A stretch of 64,000 bases of DNA from an uncultured virus (IMG/VR IMGVR_UViG_3300011867_000002) (IMGVR_UViG_3300011867_000002:1-64000), one strand, 5' to 3'; positions 8,986-18,440 are shown, counted from the first letter of the stretch. Translations and numbers: made by a program. Notes: a model not told the origin generated them from the letters alone.

Positions 8986-9707
8986 TTCTTTCTCCGCTTA
9001 ATGAAAGGGGTTTTCAGGATCAGGTTCTCTTTCGCCAACGCCAATTTGATGGCATTGACCGTTTTGACACCCAGACCGGGTAACTGCATCAAGTCACCTT
9101 CCGTGGCATTGGTTAGCCGCTCGATGTAATACAGGTCATGCGTGTAGAGAACGTTGAGAATGCGCTTCGACAAATCCAGTTCACTGATGTCGCGGTTTAC
9201 TTTCTGGAAATTGTTCTTCGCAAGACGTGGCACGACGGGTTTTGGCTTCGTCATGTCCAAGACCACCGAGTCGCCACCCAATGAACGCATGACACCATAC
9301 GTCAGGCCACCTATAAAGCTACCTGTTGCCAGATAGTGGTAAATCGTCTGCGCGGCGATCTTCGCTTGCGTCGGTGCACAGTTAGCAGTCGGTAAGGTGT
9401 GTGGGATGCCTTTGGAATAGGTCCCGCGTTCATTAAAGAACACAAACAAAAACGGATCGCAGCCCACTTCGTCGGCATTGCCGATCACACCCAACTGCGC
9501 CATGCGTGGAATCGCATCGAGTTGTTCCAGCGACTGGACGCGCTTGTTTTCCAACAGGTGACGTTCACTGCTTCTGACAAACCAGTAGACGTCAGCTTCG
9601 GCATTGTAATTGACCGTTACATCCATGCCCGTCAAGGACATGGTGTAGATATACGCCAATACGCTATCGGCAAAGATGCGCAACTTGGGGTTCTTGTTGA
9701 GTTTCAT
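8982..9707 (-). CDS. Family-B domain fused to an RNA polymerase alpha-CTD-like domain
   Basis: C-terminal ISELDLSKRILNVL...IERL...EGDLMQLPGLGVKTVNAIKLAL; internal TIYHYLATG. Confidence 0.75.
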   Translation of the reverse strand: MKLNKNPKLRIFADSVLAYIYTMSLTGMDVTVNYNAEADVYWFVRSSERHLLENKRVQSLEQLDAIPRMAQLGVIGNADEVGCDPFLFVFFNERGTYSKGIPHTLPTANCAPTQAKIAAQTIYHYLATGSFIGGLTYGVMRSLGGDSVVLDMTKPKPVVPRLAKNNFQKVNRDISELDLSKRILNVLYTHDLYYIERLTNATEGDLMQLPGLGVKTVNAIKLALAKENLILKTPFIKRRKK

Positions 9708-9730
9708 TCTTTTTCCTTAGTCGAGGGGAC

Positions 9731-9765
9731 CTCCCTCCCATAGGTAGGGCAAGTCAGTATTCTTT
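9731..9765 (-). promoter_or_regulatory. Putative phage promoter, class II
   Basis: AAAGAATACTGA-N10-CTATGGGAGGGAG. Confidence 0.55.
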
Positions 9766-9812
9766 GCCAATGCGGCATAGCGCCGGGGACGAGCCCCGGC
9801 GCTGAAGGTCGT

Positions 9813-10316
9813 TTATTTACGCAACGTTGCCGTGACGTAATTCGTATGCGTTTTTACCGAATGCTCAGACGGTGCTCCCTGTTCGACTGGTGTGAGACCC
9901 AACATCAACCCATGTGGGGATTGTCGGAACATATCACCCAAACAGTACATCGCGCTGACATCCATATCGCACTCATCGTTACGAGGTATTTTCGACAGCA
10001 CCCAGAAATGCATGCCACGTGACAAGTGCATGCCCACCGAATAGAGCTTGTCATTGAGCTTCGAGAAATACATTTGCGTTGCAGGATTTTTCAGGGCTTC
10101 GTGATAATTGAACGCCACATCTCGCCCAAGCAAAGCAGCCACGGTGAAGATTTCCAAATGGACAACATTAACCGTGCTCTCCGAACCTGCTGGGGTACCT
10201 ACGATCTTTGCTGTCGTATCATTGCGATTGGCAATGGCGGCTAAGATGTTGGCCACGTCAGTGACGCTAAATGGCATACTGGCTCGGAATTCAACAGTGT
10301 GTTTATAGACAGACAT
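9813..10316 (-). CDS. Hypothetical protein
   Basis: 167-aa ORF, GAGGAG RBS. Confidence 0.7.
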   Translation of the reverse strand: MSVYKHTVEFRASMPFSVTDVANILAAIANRNDTTAKIVGTPAGSESTVNVVHLEIFTVAALLGRDVAFNYHEALKNPATQMYFSKLNDKLYSVGMHLSRGMHFWVLSKIPRNDECDMDVSAMYCLGDMFRQSPHGLMLGLTPVEQGAPSEHSVKTHTNYVTATLRK

Positions 10317-10428
10317 AACTACTCCTCATGGGTTACAACACGAAAAAATGTACTTACCACCCAAGCACAAGGCCGACTACAGTGGTAAGTACAACGGCAC
10401 TACAATGGATACTTGACTTCAGTAATTT

Positions 10429-10830
10429 CTAATTCACCATGCCTTTGGGCAAGGGTGGCAACTGCCCGTGAAGCATATAGTTGACGATGTAGCCGACAAC
10501 TACAGACAGCGTAGCTTCTTCGCTGTACGTACCCACAATCATGGGTGCGCCCACTTCTGTCGGCCCTTCGGTGTACTCCACTTCGATTGGGTGGGTTTCT
10601 GGATCACACCCGGCCGTCGACGTGGGACGCAAAACGACGTATCGACCGAGGTTCCGCAGTTTGAACTCGCCCGAGTTAAGGAGAGCAAGCTGCTCTTGAT
10701 CCAGCAAAAACACAGCGACCCGGTCTTCCTGCAACGGGTAACTGTACACATTATTGCCGGTTGTATTAAGCACCGAAACGGCCTGTGCGATCTGGTGCGC
10801 CCGAAATTTAAAGAGTTTTACATTGGACAC
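10429..10830 (-). CDS. Hypothetical protein, paralog family B
   Basis: C-terminal VVGYIVNYMLHG; GTG start after AGGAG. Confidence 0.7.
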   Translation of the reverse strand: MSNVKLFKFRAHQIAQAVSVLNTTGNNVYSYPLQEDRVAVFLLDQEQLALLNSGEFKLRNLGRYVVLRPTSTAGCDPETHPIEVEYTEGPTEVGAPMIVGTYSEEATLSVVVGYIVNYMLHGQLPPLPKGMVN

Positions 10831-10840
10831 GACCTTCTCC

Positions 10841-11416
10841 TTATTTTGCGGGAAGCAGTTCTTGGTAGTACTCGTCGTCCTTGGTGTAGGATTCACCCGG
10901 AAGTTGCTGGTGGTCATCCGGCCACAGGAGTTGCACGACAGGAATGTCTGGATTGTCCGGATAGGTTTCGTGCAGCAACTTCATGAAGGCCGGGTCTTTG
11001 CGGCGTGCTGCTTCGGTCGACACCCAGCGCACTGCCATCGGTACTGGCGAACCATTGCGCTGACGCGCGACTTCTGGGAAGGTACCGACCACGGTGACCT
11101 TGCGGCTCACCATTTTGTGGGCATACTTTTCCACCACACGCTGGAAGCGCCCGAACTTACCGAGCACGACACCCTTCTCTTCTTTCCAGCGTTTGACCAT
11201 GGCGTCGACGAAGCTGTACGCCACTTGTTGCGGTAGGCGCCCTGAGATGAAGATTTCGGCGAAGCCCATCGCCGACAGGCCGACCGTGTAGTGGTACGGG
11301 TGGTGTTCACCAGTCTCGTCCGAGATCACGGTCACGCATTGGTAACCGCGTGCTTTGATGCCCGCCTGGATGCTGTCGTGGGCGGCCTTGTTGTGTAGCT
11401 GGTCGATCTTACTCAT
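10841..11416 (-). CDS. DUF4262-like protein
   Basis: PYHYTVGLSAMGFAEIFISG...VQLLWPD..LPGE signature. Confidence 0.7.
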   Translation of the reverse strand: MSKIDQLHNKAAHDSIQAGIKARGYQCVTVISDETGEHHPYHYTVGLSAMGFAEIFISGRLPQQVAYSFVDAMVKRWKEEKGVVLGKFGRFQRVVEKYAHKMVSRKVTVVGTFPEVARQRNGSPVPMAVRWVSTEAARRKDPAFMKLLHETYPDNPDIPVVQLLWPDDHQQLPGESYTKDDEYYQELLPAK

Positions 11417-11431
11417 TTCTTTTCTCCTGGT

Positions 11432-12709
11432 TTATTTGTTACCTTGCAAATTGCGGATGAAACCTGCAAAGTCTTCTTTGTGGTCGAGGAATTCCCCCTG
11501 CACATCCGCACCTGGCGTATCTGGGAAGTACACCCCCTCCGGGATGACTTGGTTCGGATACATGAGGGCTGCGTACTCACGAATCTCTTCATCGCGCATC
11601 GGTGGGATTTCCACGATGTGGTCGATACGGCCGCGGCGGGTCAGTGCTCGATCGAGTTTGTCGATGTGGTTAGTCGACAGGAAGATCACGTTGCCGGAAA
11701 GTGAAGCAATGCCGTCGAGCGTATTCAAGATCGTGCTCATCGAAATCTTTTGCCGCTTCGTCTCTTCCTTTTGGCCTTCTTTGTTGAGCACTACTTCTTC
11801 GCGCTCTGCCGTGGCAGTACTGACGTCGATGTCCTCGACCACAATGAAACTGTTAGGCGGCACTGCGTCCATTGCAGCCTGGAACGTCGTATCGTCCAGC
11901 GTATTCATGTTCACGGTATAAACAGAACGATTAAAGTGAGATGCCAGGGCAAAGATGAAGCTACTTTTGCCCGTGCCTGGTTGGCCATGGAAAATGTACG
12001 ACAGCTTGTGCGTAATGCCACGCGCAGCGTACCAGCTTTCGCGTTCGAAGAATTCCTTGATCTCGGCAACGATCTTGTCTTTTACATCGTGACGCACCAC
12101 CACGGACTTTAAGTCACGCTTCGGTTTGGCGCGCGTGACACTCCAAGAAGGCTCGCCGTACTTACGGCCCAAGGCATAAATCGAAATGTTTTTGGGATTT
12201 GATTTGGGCTTGATGGCCTCCAGGAACTCTTCGATAATTTTTCTGTTAGTCCCGAAGAAGTAAACTTCAACTTCGTGTGTTGTGGTACTCAAGGCAGTGT
12301 TACCGGATTTCTCCCGCGAGAACCACGCTGGGCGTCCCTTGAACGTGAAGAAATGAAAACCGGTACCGGGCGTAAATGCGCCGACGCCGCGAGGGACAGC
12401 ATTTACGCTGGTACTGCGTTCGCGTTCCCTTGCACTGGCATCGAAAATAAAACGACGCAGATGACGCGAACTTTCTTGAGCCATGAACCACTTGAAGAAT
12501 GATTCGGTGAGAATGTGGCTCGCTATGTCGCCTGTGTGGAACATGACACTCACTGTGAAACGGGCTAGGAGAAAGCGATAAATGCGTTGAGGGATTCGCC
12601 GCAGCGCAAAGGTCAAGAGACCGGCACCAGAGAGAATGAGGAGACTACTCACCATGGTCCAGATAGAACTGGAGTGAGTAAGGATGTTGGTAGCGCTTGA
12701 TGGATTCAT
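11432..12709 (-). CDS. BCS1-like membrane AAA+ ATPase
   Basis: N-terminal hydrophobic helix, PGTGFHFF (BCS1_N-like), WYAARGI, GQPGTGKS Walker A, VVEDID Walker B, LNTLDG, STNH, RRGRID. Confidence 0.85.
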   Translation of the reverse strand: MNPSSATNILTHSSSIWTMVSSLLILSGAGLLTFALRRIPQRIYRFLLARFTVSVMFHTGDIASHILTESFFKWFMAQESSRHLRRFIFDASARERERSTSVNAVPRGVGAFTPGTGFHFFTFKGRPAWFSREKSGNTALSTTTHEVEVYFFGTNRKIIEEFLEAIKPKSNPKNISIYALGRKYGEPSWSVTRAKPKRDLKSVVVRHDVKDKIVAEIKEFFERESWYAARGITHKLSYIFHGQPGTGKSSFIFALASHFNRSVYTVNMNTLDDTTFQAAMDAVPPNSFIVVEDIDVSTATAEREEVVLNKEGQKEETKRQKISMSTILNTLDGIASLSGNVIFLSTNHIDKLDRALTRRGRIDHIVEIPPMRDEEIREYAALMYPNQVIPEGVYFPDTPGADVQGEFLDHKEDFAGFIRNLQGNK

Positions 12710-12732
12710 AGCAACTTCTTTCTTTTGTTTAG

Positions 12733-12897
12733 TTAGTGCAGAACGCGCTCGGCCGGGTCGTAGATTTCTCCGTCTACGAACATCACACGTGCCACCTTGT
12801 TTTGAATCATGTAGACGAGCATGTCTTCACGAGTTTCACCTTCCTCGCGCATACGGCTCAGGTGATTGAGGTGCTCCATTTCCGTTAAGCTGTACAT
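12733..12897 (-). CDS. Small hypothetical protein (54 aa, below the ORF-track cutoff)
   Basis: MYSLTEMEHL...AERVLH, GAGGAG RBS. Confidence 0.6.
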   Translation of the reverse strand: MYSLTEMEHLNHLSRMREEGETREDMLVYMIQNKVARVMFVDGEIYDPAERVLH

Positions 12898-12996
12898 GTT
12901 ACTCCTCTTCTTTTCTTTTATGCTGACAAGGAAAAAACGGACGTCTTCCTTGTCAGCAGATTGCTGGGGGGTGTAAGGAACGATGGTAGCTGTTCC

Positions 12997-13362
12997 TTAC
13001 TTGTTGCCGGTGCCGGTGAACGACGTCTGCGTGCCTTGGAGGTTGATCTGTACACCAGTGCCAACTGGCGAGGTGTTGGTAGGCTGGGTCGTGGTAGCAG
13101 CGCTGGCGTTGGCAGCATCACGTTCAGCGCGCAGCTTCGTCAGTTCCTCGTACTGCTTGCGACCGAACGGGTGGCGGTCACCGAATTCGATCTGCGCCAG
13201 GGGGCGTTCGAATTCTTCCAGCGCAGCGATGCGCGAATCACGCACTTCGTTCTGGATGCGCGGTGGCAGCTTGGACAGGTCATCGGCGTTGAAGCAGACA
13301 GCGGTAAAACCGACGTGGACCAGGTCGTGGACGGACATGTTACGGTCTTGTGCTTGGCTCAT
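12997..13362 (-). CDS. Hypothetical protein
   Basis: 121-aa ORF, GAGG RBS, Thr-rich tail. Confidence 0.7.
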   Translation of the reverse strand: MSQAQDRNMSVHDLVHVGFTAVCFNADDLSKLPPRIQNEVRDSRIAALEEFERPLAQIEFGDRHPFGRKQYEELTKLRAERDAANASAATTTQPTNTSPVGTGVQINLQGTQTSFTGTGNK

Positions 13363-13576
13363 GATAGTTCCTCTTTAGGTGAAATGAATAAGTGAATGAT
13401 TGAATTGGCGATGTTACATCACCGAGGTTATGACATTCTCTAATTTCAAGATTCCTGCTGCTGGAAGGTTGTTACTACCCAACTCACTTCACAGGCGAAC
13501 CGGGTCTGCCCGACCCTTATGTTGATTAACATACATGAACAATTGGTTTTCTTGTTCACATTCGTTAGTCTGCACG

Positions 13577-13606
13577 AGGGTTATATGTGACCGTAATTTC
13601 ATTGAA
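13577..13606 (-). promoter_or_regulatory. Putative early promoter, class I
   Basis: GAAATTACGGTCACATATAACC. Confidence 0.55.
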
Positions 13607-13681
13607 TCAGGCAAAAAAAGAAATACCCCAGCACTGCCGAGGTATTTCAAAGAGCGCCAGGAGACGCCCAAGAGGGAAAGG

Positions 13682-14368
13682 TTACGGTGCGACCATGAAG
13701 TGCAGGTCCGAGAACAGGCCGCATTCCTTCAAGAACGGGAAGCAGTCAAACACCCGTTTGGTGACAAACTCATTCCACGATTCGGTCGTAAACCGCGTCA
13801 GGTCAAAGAAGTCATGCGACAAGGTGCAGTATGCCCGCCGATCGAAGATGTTGCAGACGCCATGGATTTCCCGATTGTTGCGACTATCCTCGTCGCTCAG
13901 GTATTGCTGGAACTCTGCTTCGTTGGTCCAGGTACGGAAGTTCACGCCGTTGACCACACCCAGGAGCAGGTAGTTCTGGACTGCCCGTTCCAGTCCTACG
14001 CCATGGGTGCGGTAGTTGATGTTGGTGCGACCAGGCAATGCTTTCAGAAGCGCATCGTAGAGTTCACGTTGTACAGTACGGTCGACGACGTGGCCGCCTT
14101 CGTTGGCGATCTCGCAGTGCCCATAACGCTCAATGAACATCGGTTGCGTCAGCTGACGTTCGAGGTGTGGCCGCACAGTTGCTGCGACTTTGGCCATTTG
14201 TGTACCAGAGCGCGACAGGCCCGTGACTTTGTAGGGGACTGCCACGGTCCCCTTTTCGTTGCGGAAATGAATGAGGACATTCGGGATTTCTTGCGGCGTG
14301 TAAATCGGCATGTCTTCTGGGATCAGCGCCAGTCGGCAATGCGGGGTAACGATAGGATGGAAAGTCAT
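13682..14368 (-). CDS. Hypothetical protein
   Basis: 228-aa ORF followed by a hairpin and T-run. Confidence 0.7.
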   Translation of the reverse strand: MTFHPIVTPHCRLALIPEDMPIYTPQEIPNVLIHFRNEKGTVAVPYKVTGLSRSGTQMAKVAATVRPHLERQLTQPMFIERYGHCEIANEGGHVVDRTVQRELYDALLKALPGRTNINYRTHGVGLERAVQNYLLLGVVNGVNFRTWTNEAEFQQYLSDEDSRNNREIHGVCNIFDRRAYCTLSHDFFDLTRFTTESWNEFVTKRVFDCFPFLKECGLFSDLHFMVAP

Positions 14369-14404
14369 GTGGCAATCTTAGATAAAATCGAAAGGAAGGG
14401 TGTA

Positions 14405-15151
14405 TTAACTGGCAATGCGTCGGGACAAGCGTTCGATCAACAAGTTCTGTTCTTCACGGGTGTATTGCTTAGGTTGCTTGACAAACGCCAGCGCTTCCCG
14501 GAACAAGTCCCGGTCCGACATGGTCATCGGTGGTTCTACCGTAAAACCGTGGCGGTTCAGTTCTTCGATGATGTCAGTGAACGCTCTTTCCCCAATACCC
14601 GTATGAATCTGGCAACGCATATTCCACTCGGGGTATTTGCGCAAAACATTCAGCAAGTCGCCAATGGTTGGTTCGCGCTTGGCGTGGATATCTTGCAACG
14701 CATGCGCAATGTTACGAAACGCATTGGTTGACAAGTCCAGACAATGTACTGGCGTCTCGGTTGTGAAGGATGTCTTGTTAAGTGGAGCGTGCAACCAAGC
14801 TCGGTACGCATCGATCAAGCCCAACCAGTAGTCTGATTGTTGCCGCAAGTCTTGTGCCAGCATCGAACGAAAATTGGGGCGCCGTACCCACTGGACACCC
14901 TGCATCACGTCTTGCCACAAGTGCGGGTAATGTTCTTCGGTGTAAGGGTGACTGATCCCATTTTCAGCAGCATACACCGACAACACAAACACCAAGCGCT
15001 GTGCACTCGATAACGCTGTGGCAACCGTTACATTGGCGACCTTGGCGGCATCCTTATACGAACTTCCGTTTAGAAAAGACTGTAGCATCGTGCAGTTGCG
15101 TTCTACATTCTTTTCATCCATCTGAGTCATGCTTTTCAGACGCAAAGTCAT
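14405..15151 (-). CDS. HTH plus RNA polymerase alpha-CTD-like protein
   Basis: GSSYKDAAKVANVTVATA HTH-like; TPVHCLDLSTNAFRNI...TIGDLL...GIGERAFTDIIEELNRHGF alpha-CTD-like. Confidence 0.6.
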   Translation of the reverse strand: MTLRLKSMTQMDEKNVERNCTMLQSFLNGSSYKDAAKVANVTVATALSSAQRLVFVLSVYAAENGISHPYTEEHYPHLWQDVMQGVQWVRRPNFRSMLAQDLRQQSDYWLGLIDAYRAWLHAPLNKTSFTTETPVHCLDLSTNAFRNIAHALQDIHAKREPTIGDLLNVLRKYPEWNMRCQIHTGIGERAFTDIIEELNRHGFTVEPPMTMSDRDLFREALAFVKQPKQYTREEQNLLIERLSRRIAS

Positions 15152-15186
15152 GCTGTTCCTCTTTCTTGTATTTAGTTCATTGTATC

Positions 15187-15220
15187 GGCATAAAGAAACC
15201 GAGCCGCAACCCGGTTTCTT
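15187..15220 (-). terminator. Intrinsic terminator with TTTATGCCG tail
   Basis: AAGAAACCG/CGGTTTCTT stem. Confidence 0.7.
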
Positions 15221-15230
15221 CGGTTACTGC

Positions 15231-16106
15231 TTAGTTGTTGTTGCGAACTGGCCCGCCCTTCCAGCGTTCAACTTCATCGTCAATTGACACGATGGGATCA
15301 AAACGGAATCCTTCAAGCATGTCGTAGTCCTTGATGAACGGGAACTCGCGCCAGAGTGCACGAGTAAGTTCAAGCGCCACGTATTCCCGCGTGATGACGC
15401 CAACCATCCGATGTAAGCTAAGACGATGCGCTCGGAAGACTTCTGGGTCCGTGATCAGGTTCTGGGGACCGTAGTTATTCCAACCGTAGGTGTTGGGGTG
15501 CACGATAAAATCGTATTGTCGTTTCCCCAGTTCCACCGTACCCGAGAAGCACTCGTACCGTTGACGCAATACACTTGGACGGGCACCCTTCATTTCCAAC
15601 TTGATCCCGCGCGGCAGATACAGTTCAAAATTGTTGGTGCCTTGGTCACGGTAGTTATGCGACACTCCGTGGATCATGTTGATGGAACCTTTGGTGTTGT
15701 GAATGCGGTGTGGTGCACGCTTCATCAACACTAAACGCTCAACACTTTTCAGACCACTTTGGATACCGTGGCCTTCCGGTGCAATTTCTTGTACGTACTG
15801 CTTGAGGGCTGCACGTACTTCTTCGATATTTTGTTCGAGCAGCTTGGCGGTAGTGAACTTTTCCAGTTTACTGCGCTCCGAGGAAACATCCAGTTGATAA
15901 TGGATGATCTCACCCTCATTCGCCAACTCAGCGAGCAGCCTATTCGAATTGACTCCAGGATTCTTTTTCAAATCCTCTTTTGTCAGATAGCGATTGACAA
16001 GGAGACGGCCGTCTGGGAATTGACTGAAGCATGCGGCTGTTTTGGGGAAATCGATAATCGAAATCTTACCGAAGGACAGGTCGATGGTGCGTTTTGCTTG
16101 GTTCAT
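15231..16106 (-). CDS. Hypothetical protein
   Basis: ~290-aa ORF from MNQAKR, AAGGAAG RBS. Confidence 0.75.
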   Translation of the reverse strand: MNQAKRTIDLSFGKISIIDFPKTAACFSQFPDGRLLVNRYLTKEDLKKNPGVNSNRLLAELANEGEIIHYQLDVSSERSKLEKFTTAKLLEQNIEEVRAALKQYVQEIAPEGHGIQSGLKSVERLVLMKRAPHRIHNTKGSINMIHGVSHNYRDQGTNNFELYLPRGIKLEMKGARPSVLRQRYECFSGTVELGKRQYDFIVHPNTYGWNNYGPQNLITDPEVFRAHRLSLHRMVGVITREYVALELTRALWREFPFIKDYDMLEGFRFDPIVSIDDEVERWKGGPVRNNN

Positions 16107-16198
16107 GGTACTTCCTTTCAAAGTTGGATAGCCCACTATTAGGCTACTCCCTAGGTCAGCGATATGCTGCCTATTCTAAATAATCGTGCAGGGTAAAA

Positions 16199-16543
16199 CT
16201 ATTTTCGTTGCGATGCCGGTTTGAAACGCAAGCGCGTTGTAACCACACTGGCGATACGCTCGCGTAGTGAACCGTGACCTGCAAACTTCACTGCCGTGTC
16301 GCGCAGTTCATTTACCAGTTCACGTACTTCGTGGTCTTTGAGTGGTGCAGGGCGCGGGTCTTTTGCCAGCGTCAAGGCTTTGACAAACGCCAGACGTTCT
16401 TCGTCAGCAATATCGTCGGCCAGCATTTCTTTGGCAAATGCCGCAATCATTTCCACCGACTGGAGATGGTCTTCCAGTTTCCACTCAGGCAGTGCACGAA
16501 TCTTCTCCATGTCGAAGTCAGCTTCGTTGTTCTCTTGGCTCAT
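16199..16543 (-). CDS. Hypothetical protein; N-terminus resembles HI1420-type antitoxin
   Basis: WKLEDHLQSVEMIAAFAKEML...FVKAL followed by LKDHEVRELVNELRD; no HTH. Confidence 0.65.
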   Translation of the reverse strand: MSQENNEADFDMEKIRALPEWKLEDHLQSVEMIAAFAKEMLADDIADEERLAFVKALTLAKDPRPAPLKDHEVRELVNELRDTAVKFAGHGSLRERIASVVTTRLRFKPASQRK

Positions 16544-16582
16544 TGCTTGCCCTCCTTACTTGATACTTTGGCTAGGTATTTT

Positions 16583-17011
16583 TCAACTTATACTGTTTGG
16601 CTGTTGTTCGTCGAGCATGCCTTCTTTACGCCAGTGACCGATCAGTTCCTTGGCGCCTTGTGCAGACCTGCCTACTTCAGAACGGATCATGACAGCGATG
16701 GCTTCGATTTCGGCCAGATTGAATTCACCGTCTAACCACACGCGGCCACCTTTTCCTGCCGAGATATCGCTGACGGTACCGTTTGTGTGCTCTGCCATGA
16801 TTTGTTTGGCTTGGTCGAGCGACACCACGTTGGGATCGGATTCATGCCAGCGATCCGGATGCGCACCGATTTGGTGACCGATCGCAACCAGTTCTTCGGC
16901 CAGGCTACGTATCCGCTTACGTTGCCAAGGCAGGTACATGTTTTCACCCGCATAATCGAGGTCCTTCTTAATTTCTTCTGCCGCATCGAGGATGGTATCG
17001 GATAGTGCCAT
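16583..17011 (-). CDS. Hypothetical protein
   Basis: Start MALSDT after AAGGAA. Confidence 0.65.
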   Translation of the reverse strand: MALSDTILDAAEEIKKDLDYAGENMYLPWQRKRIRSLAEELVAIGHQIGAHPDRWHESDPNVVSLDQAKQIMAEHTNGTVSDISAGKGGRVWLDGEFNLAEIEAIAVMIRSEVGRSAQGAKELIGHWRKEGMLDEQQPNSIS

Positions 17012-17091
17012 TTTCTTGTTCCTTCTTTCTTTTGTTAATGGAATAAGAAAAGACCAAGCGAACCCGGTCTTTTCTTTTATGCCGCATTCCT

Positions 17092-17472
17092 TTAGATCGA
17101 GAAGAAATGCGGGTGCTGTACGCCTTTGCGGTCGTAAACGACCCACTCAGCGTTGTTGCGGCGGCGCCCGACCATGCGCCACGCTTCGTTCACATCCATG
17201 GCAAATTGGTCCGAACGGCCTTCGATGACGACACGGAACACCCAGCCATTGGGTTCTACTGCATGGTTTGCACCGTCAGCACGTTTGGCATCGCGGTCTT
17301 CGTGCTCTTTCCACCAGGCGAGGAAACCGTCCGGATCGACACCGGCTTCTTTCCAGTCCAGCTTGGTCATGATTTCATGAAGACCAAACTTCCTGACCAT
17401 CTGACACAGAACCGCAGGCAGGTGGTTTTTACCGAAATCTTCACCCTCGGTAGGTGGATTATAACAAGGCAT
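17092..17472 (-). CDS. Hypothetical protein
   Basis: 126-aa ORF, AGGAG RBS, WWKEH motif. Confidence 0.7.
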   Translation of the reverse strand: MPCYNPPTEGEDFGKNHLPAVLCQMVRKFGLHEIMTKLDWKEAGVDPDGFLAWWKEHEDRDAKRADGANHAVEPNGWVFRVVIEGRSDQFAMDVNEAWRMVGRRRNNAEWVVYDRKGVQHPHFFSI

Positions 17473-17490
17473 GTCTATTCTCCTTTCTTA

Positions 17491-18420
17491 TTAAACTTTA
17501 GGAGTTACCGGGGTTGGCGACTGGCCTTGGTACTTGCCGTTGCGGTCCTTGTAGGAAGTTTCGCAGTCTTCGTCCGACTCGAAGAACAGCACCTGGGCAC
17601 AGCCTTCACCGGCGTAAATCTTGGCCGGCAGCGGCGTGGTGTTGGAAAACTCCAGCGTGACGTAACCTTCCCATTCCGGCTCGAACGGGGTCACGTTGAC
17701 GATGATGCCGCAGCGTGCATAGGTTGACTTGCCGAGGCAGACGGTCAGGACGTTGCGTGGGATGCGGAAGTATTCCATCGTCCGGGCCAGGGCGAACGAG
17801 TTCGGTGGGATGATGGCGTACGGGCGCTCTGGCGTGGCCACGTAGTCGACGAAGGATTTGTCGTCGAAGTTCTTGGGGTCGATGATGGCCGAGTTCACGT
17901 TGGTGAAAATCTTGAACTCGTTACCGCAGCGGATGTCGTACCCGTACGACGACGTGCCGTGCGAGATCGTCTTTTCGTGCACCTGGATGCCCAGCAAAGG
18001 GTCATGCCGAACACGCTTGATCAGCGGGTTTTGTGCAGACAGCGCGGCCAGCGCTTCTTCCTCGGTGTTGCAGCCCATGAGGGCGATGATCTCGTCTTTG
18101 GTGGCCGACCGTTCGTTGGTACGCACTTGGGTTGGCGCGAACGGTTCGATCATCGGCTTGAAGTTGTCCGAATGGAAGTGGCGTTGGAACTCGCACGAGT
18201 CGGCGTGAAGTTCGGTCGGGATGATACCTCTCTTCACCAGCTTGCGCAGGACTTCGTCTTTGGCCGGGCCAGAAACGAAGGTGTCATAGCTTTGGCTGCT
18301 ATAGACTGGTTCGACGAACTTCAGGGGCTTGCCTTCGCCGTCGGTGGCTGTGACATGCACATGGCCTATCGGTTGTTCACACTGGGCCCTGATCCATTTG
18401 TCCGATTTGATGCCACTCAT
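17491..18420 (-). CDS. dcd: dCTP deaminase with two N-terminal insertions
   Basis: [53 protein letters not shown]. Confidence 0.95.
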   Translation of the reverse strand: MSGIKSDKWIRAQCEQPIGHVHVTATDGEGKPLKFVEPVYSSQSYDTFVSGPAKDEVLRKLVKRGIIPTELHADSCEFQRHFHSDNFKPMIEPFAPTQVRTNERSATKDEIIALMGCNTEEEALAALSAQNPLIKRVRHDPLLGIQVHEKTISHGTSSYGYDIRCGNEFKIFTNVNSAIIDPKNFDDKSFVDYVATPERPYAIIPPNSFALARTMEYFRIPRNVLTVCLGKSTYARCGIIVNVTPFEPEWEGYVTLEFSNTTPLPAKIYAGEGCAQVLFFESDEDCETSYKDRNGKYQGQSPTPVTPKV

Positions 18421-18440
18421 GATTTGCTCTCTTTCTTTGT

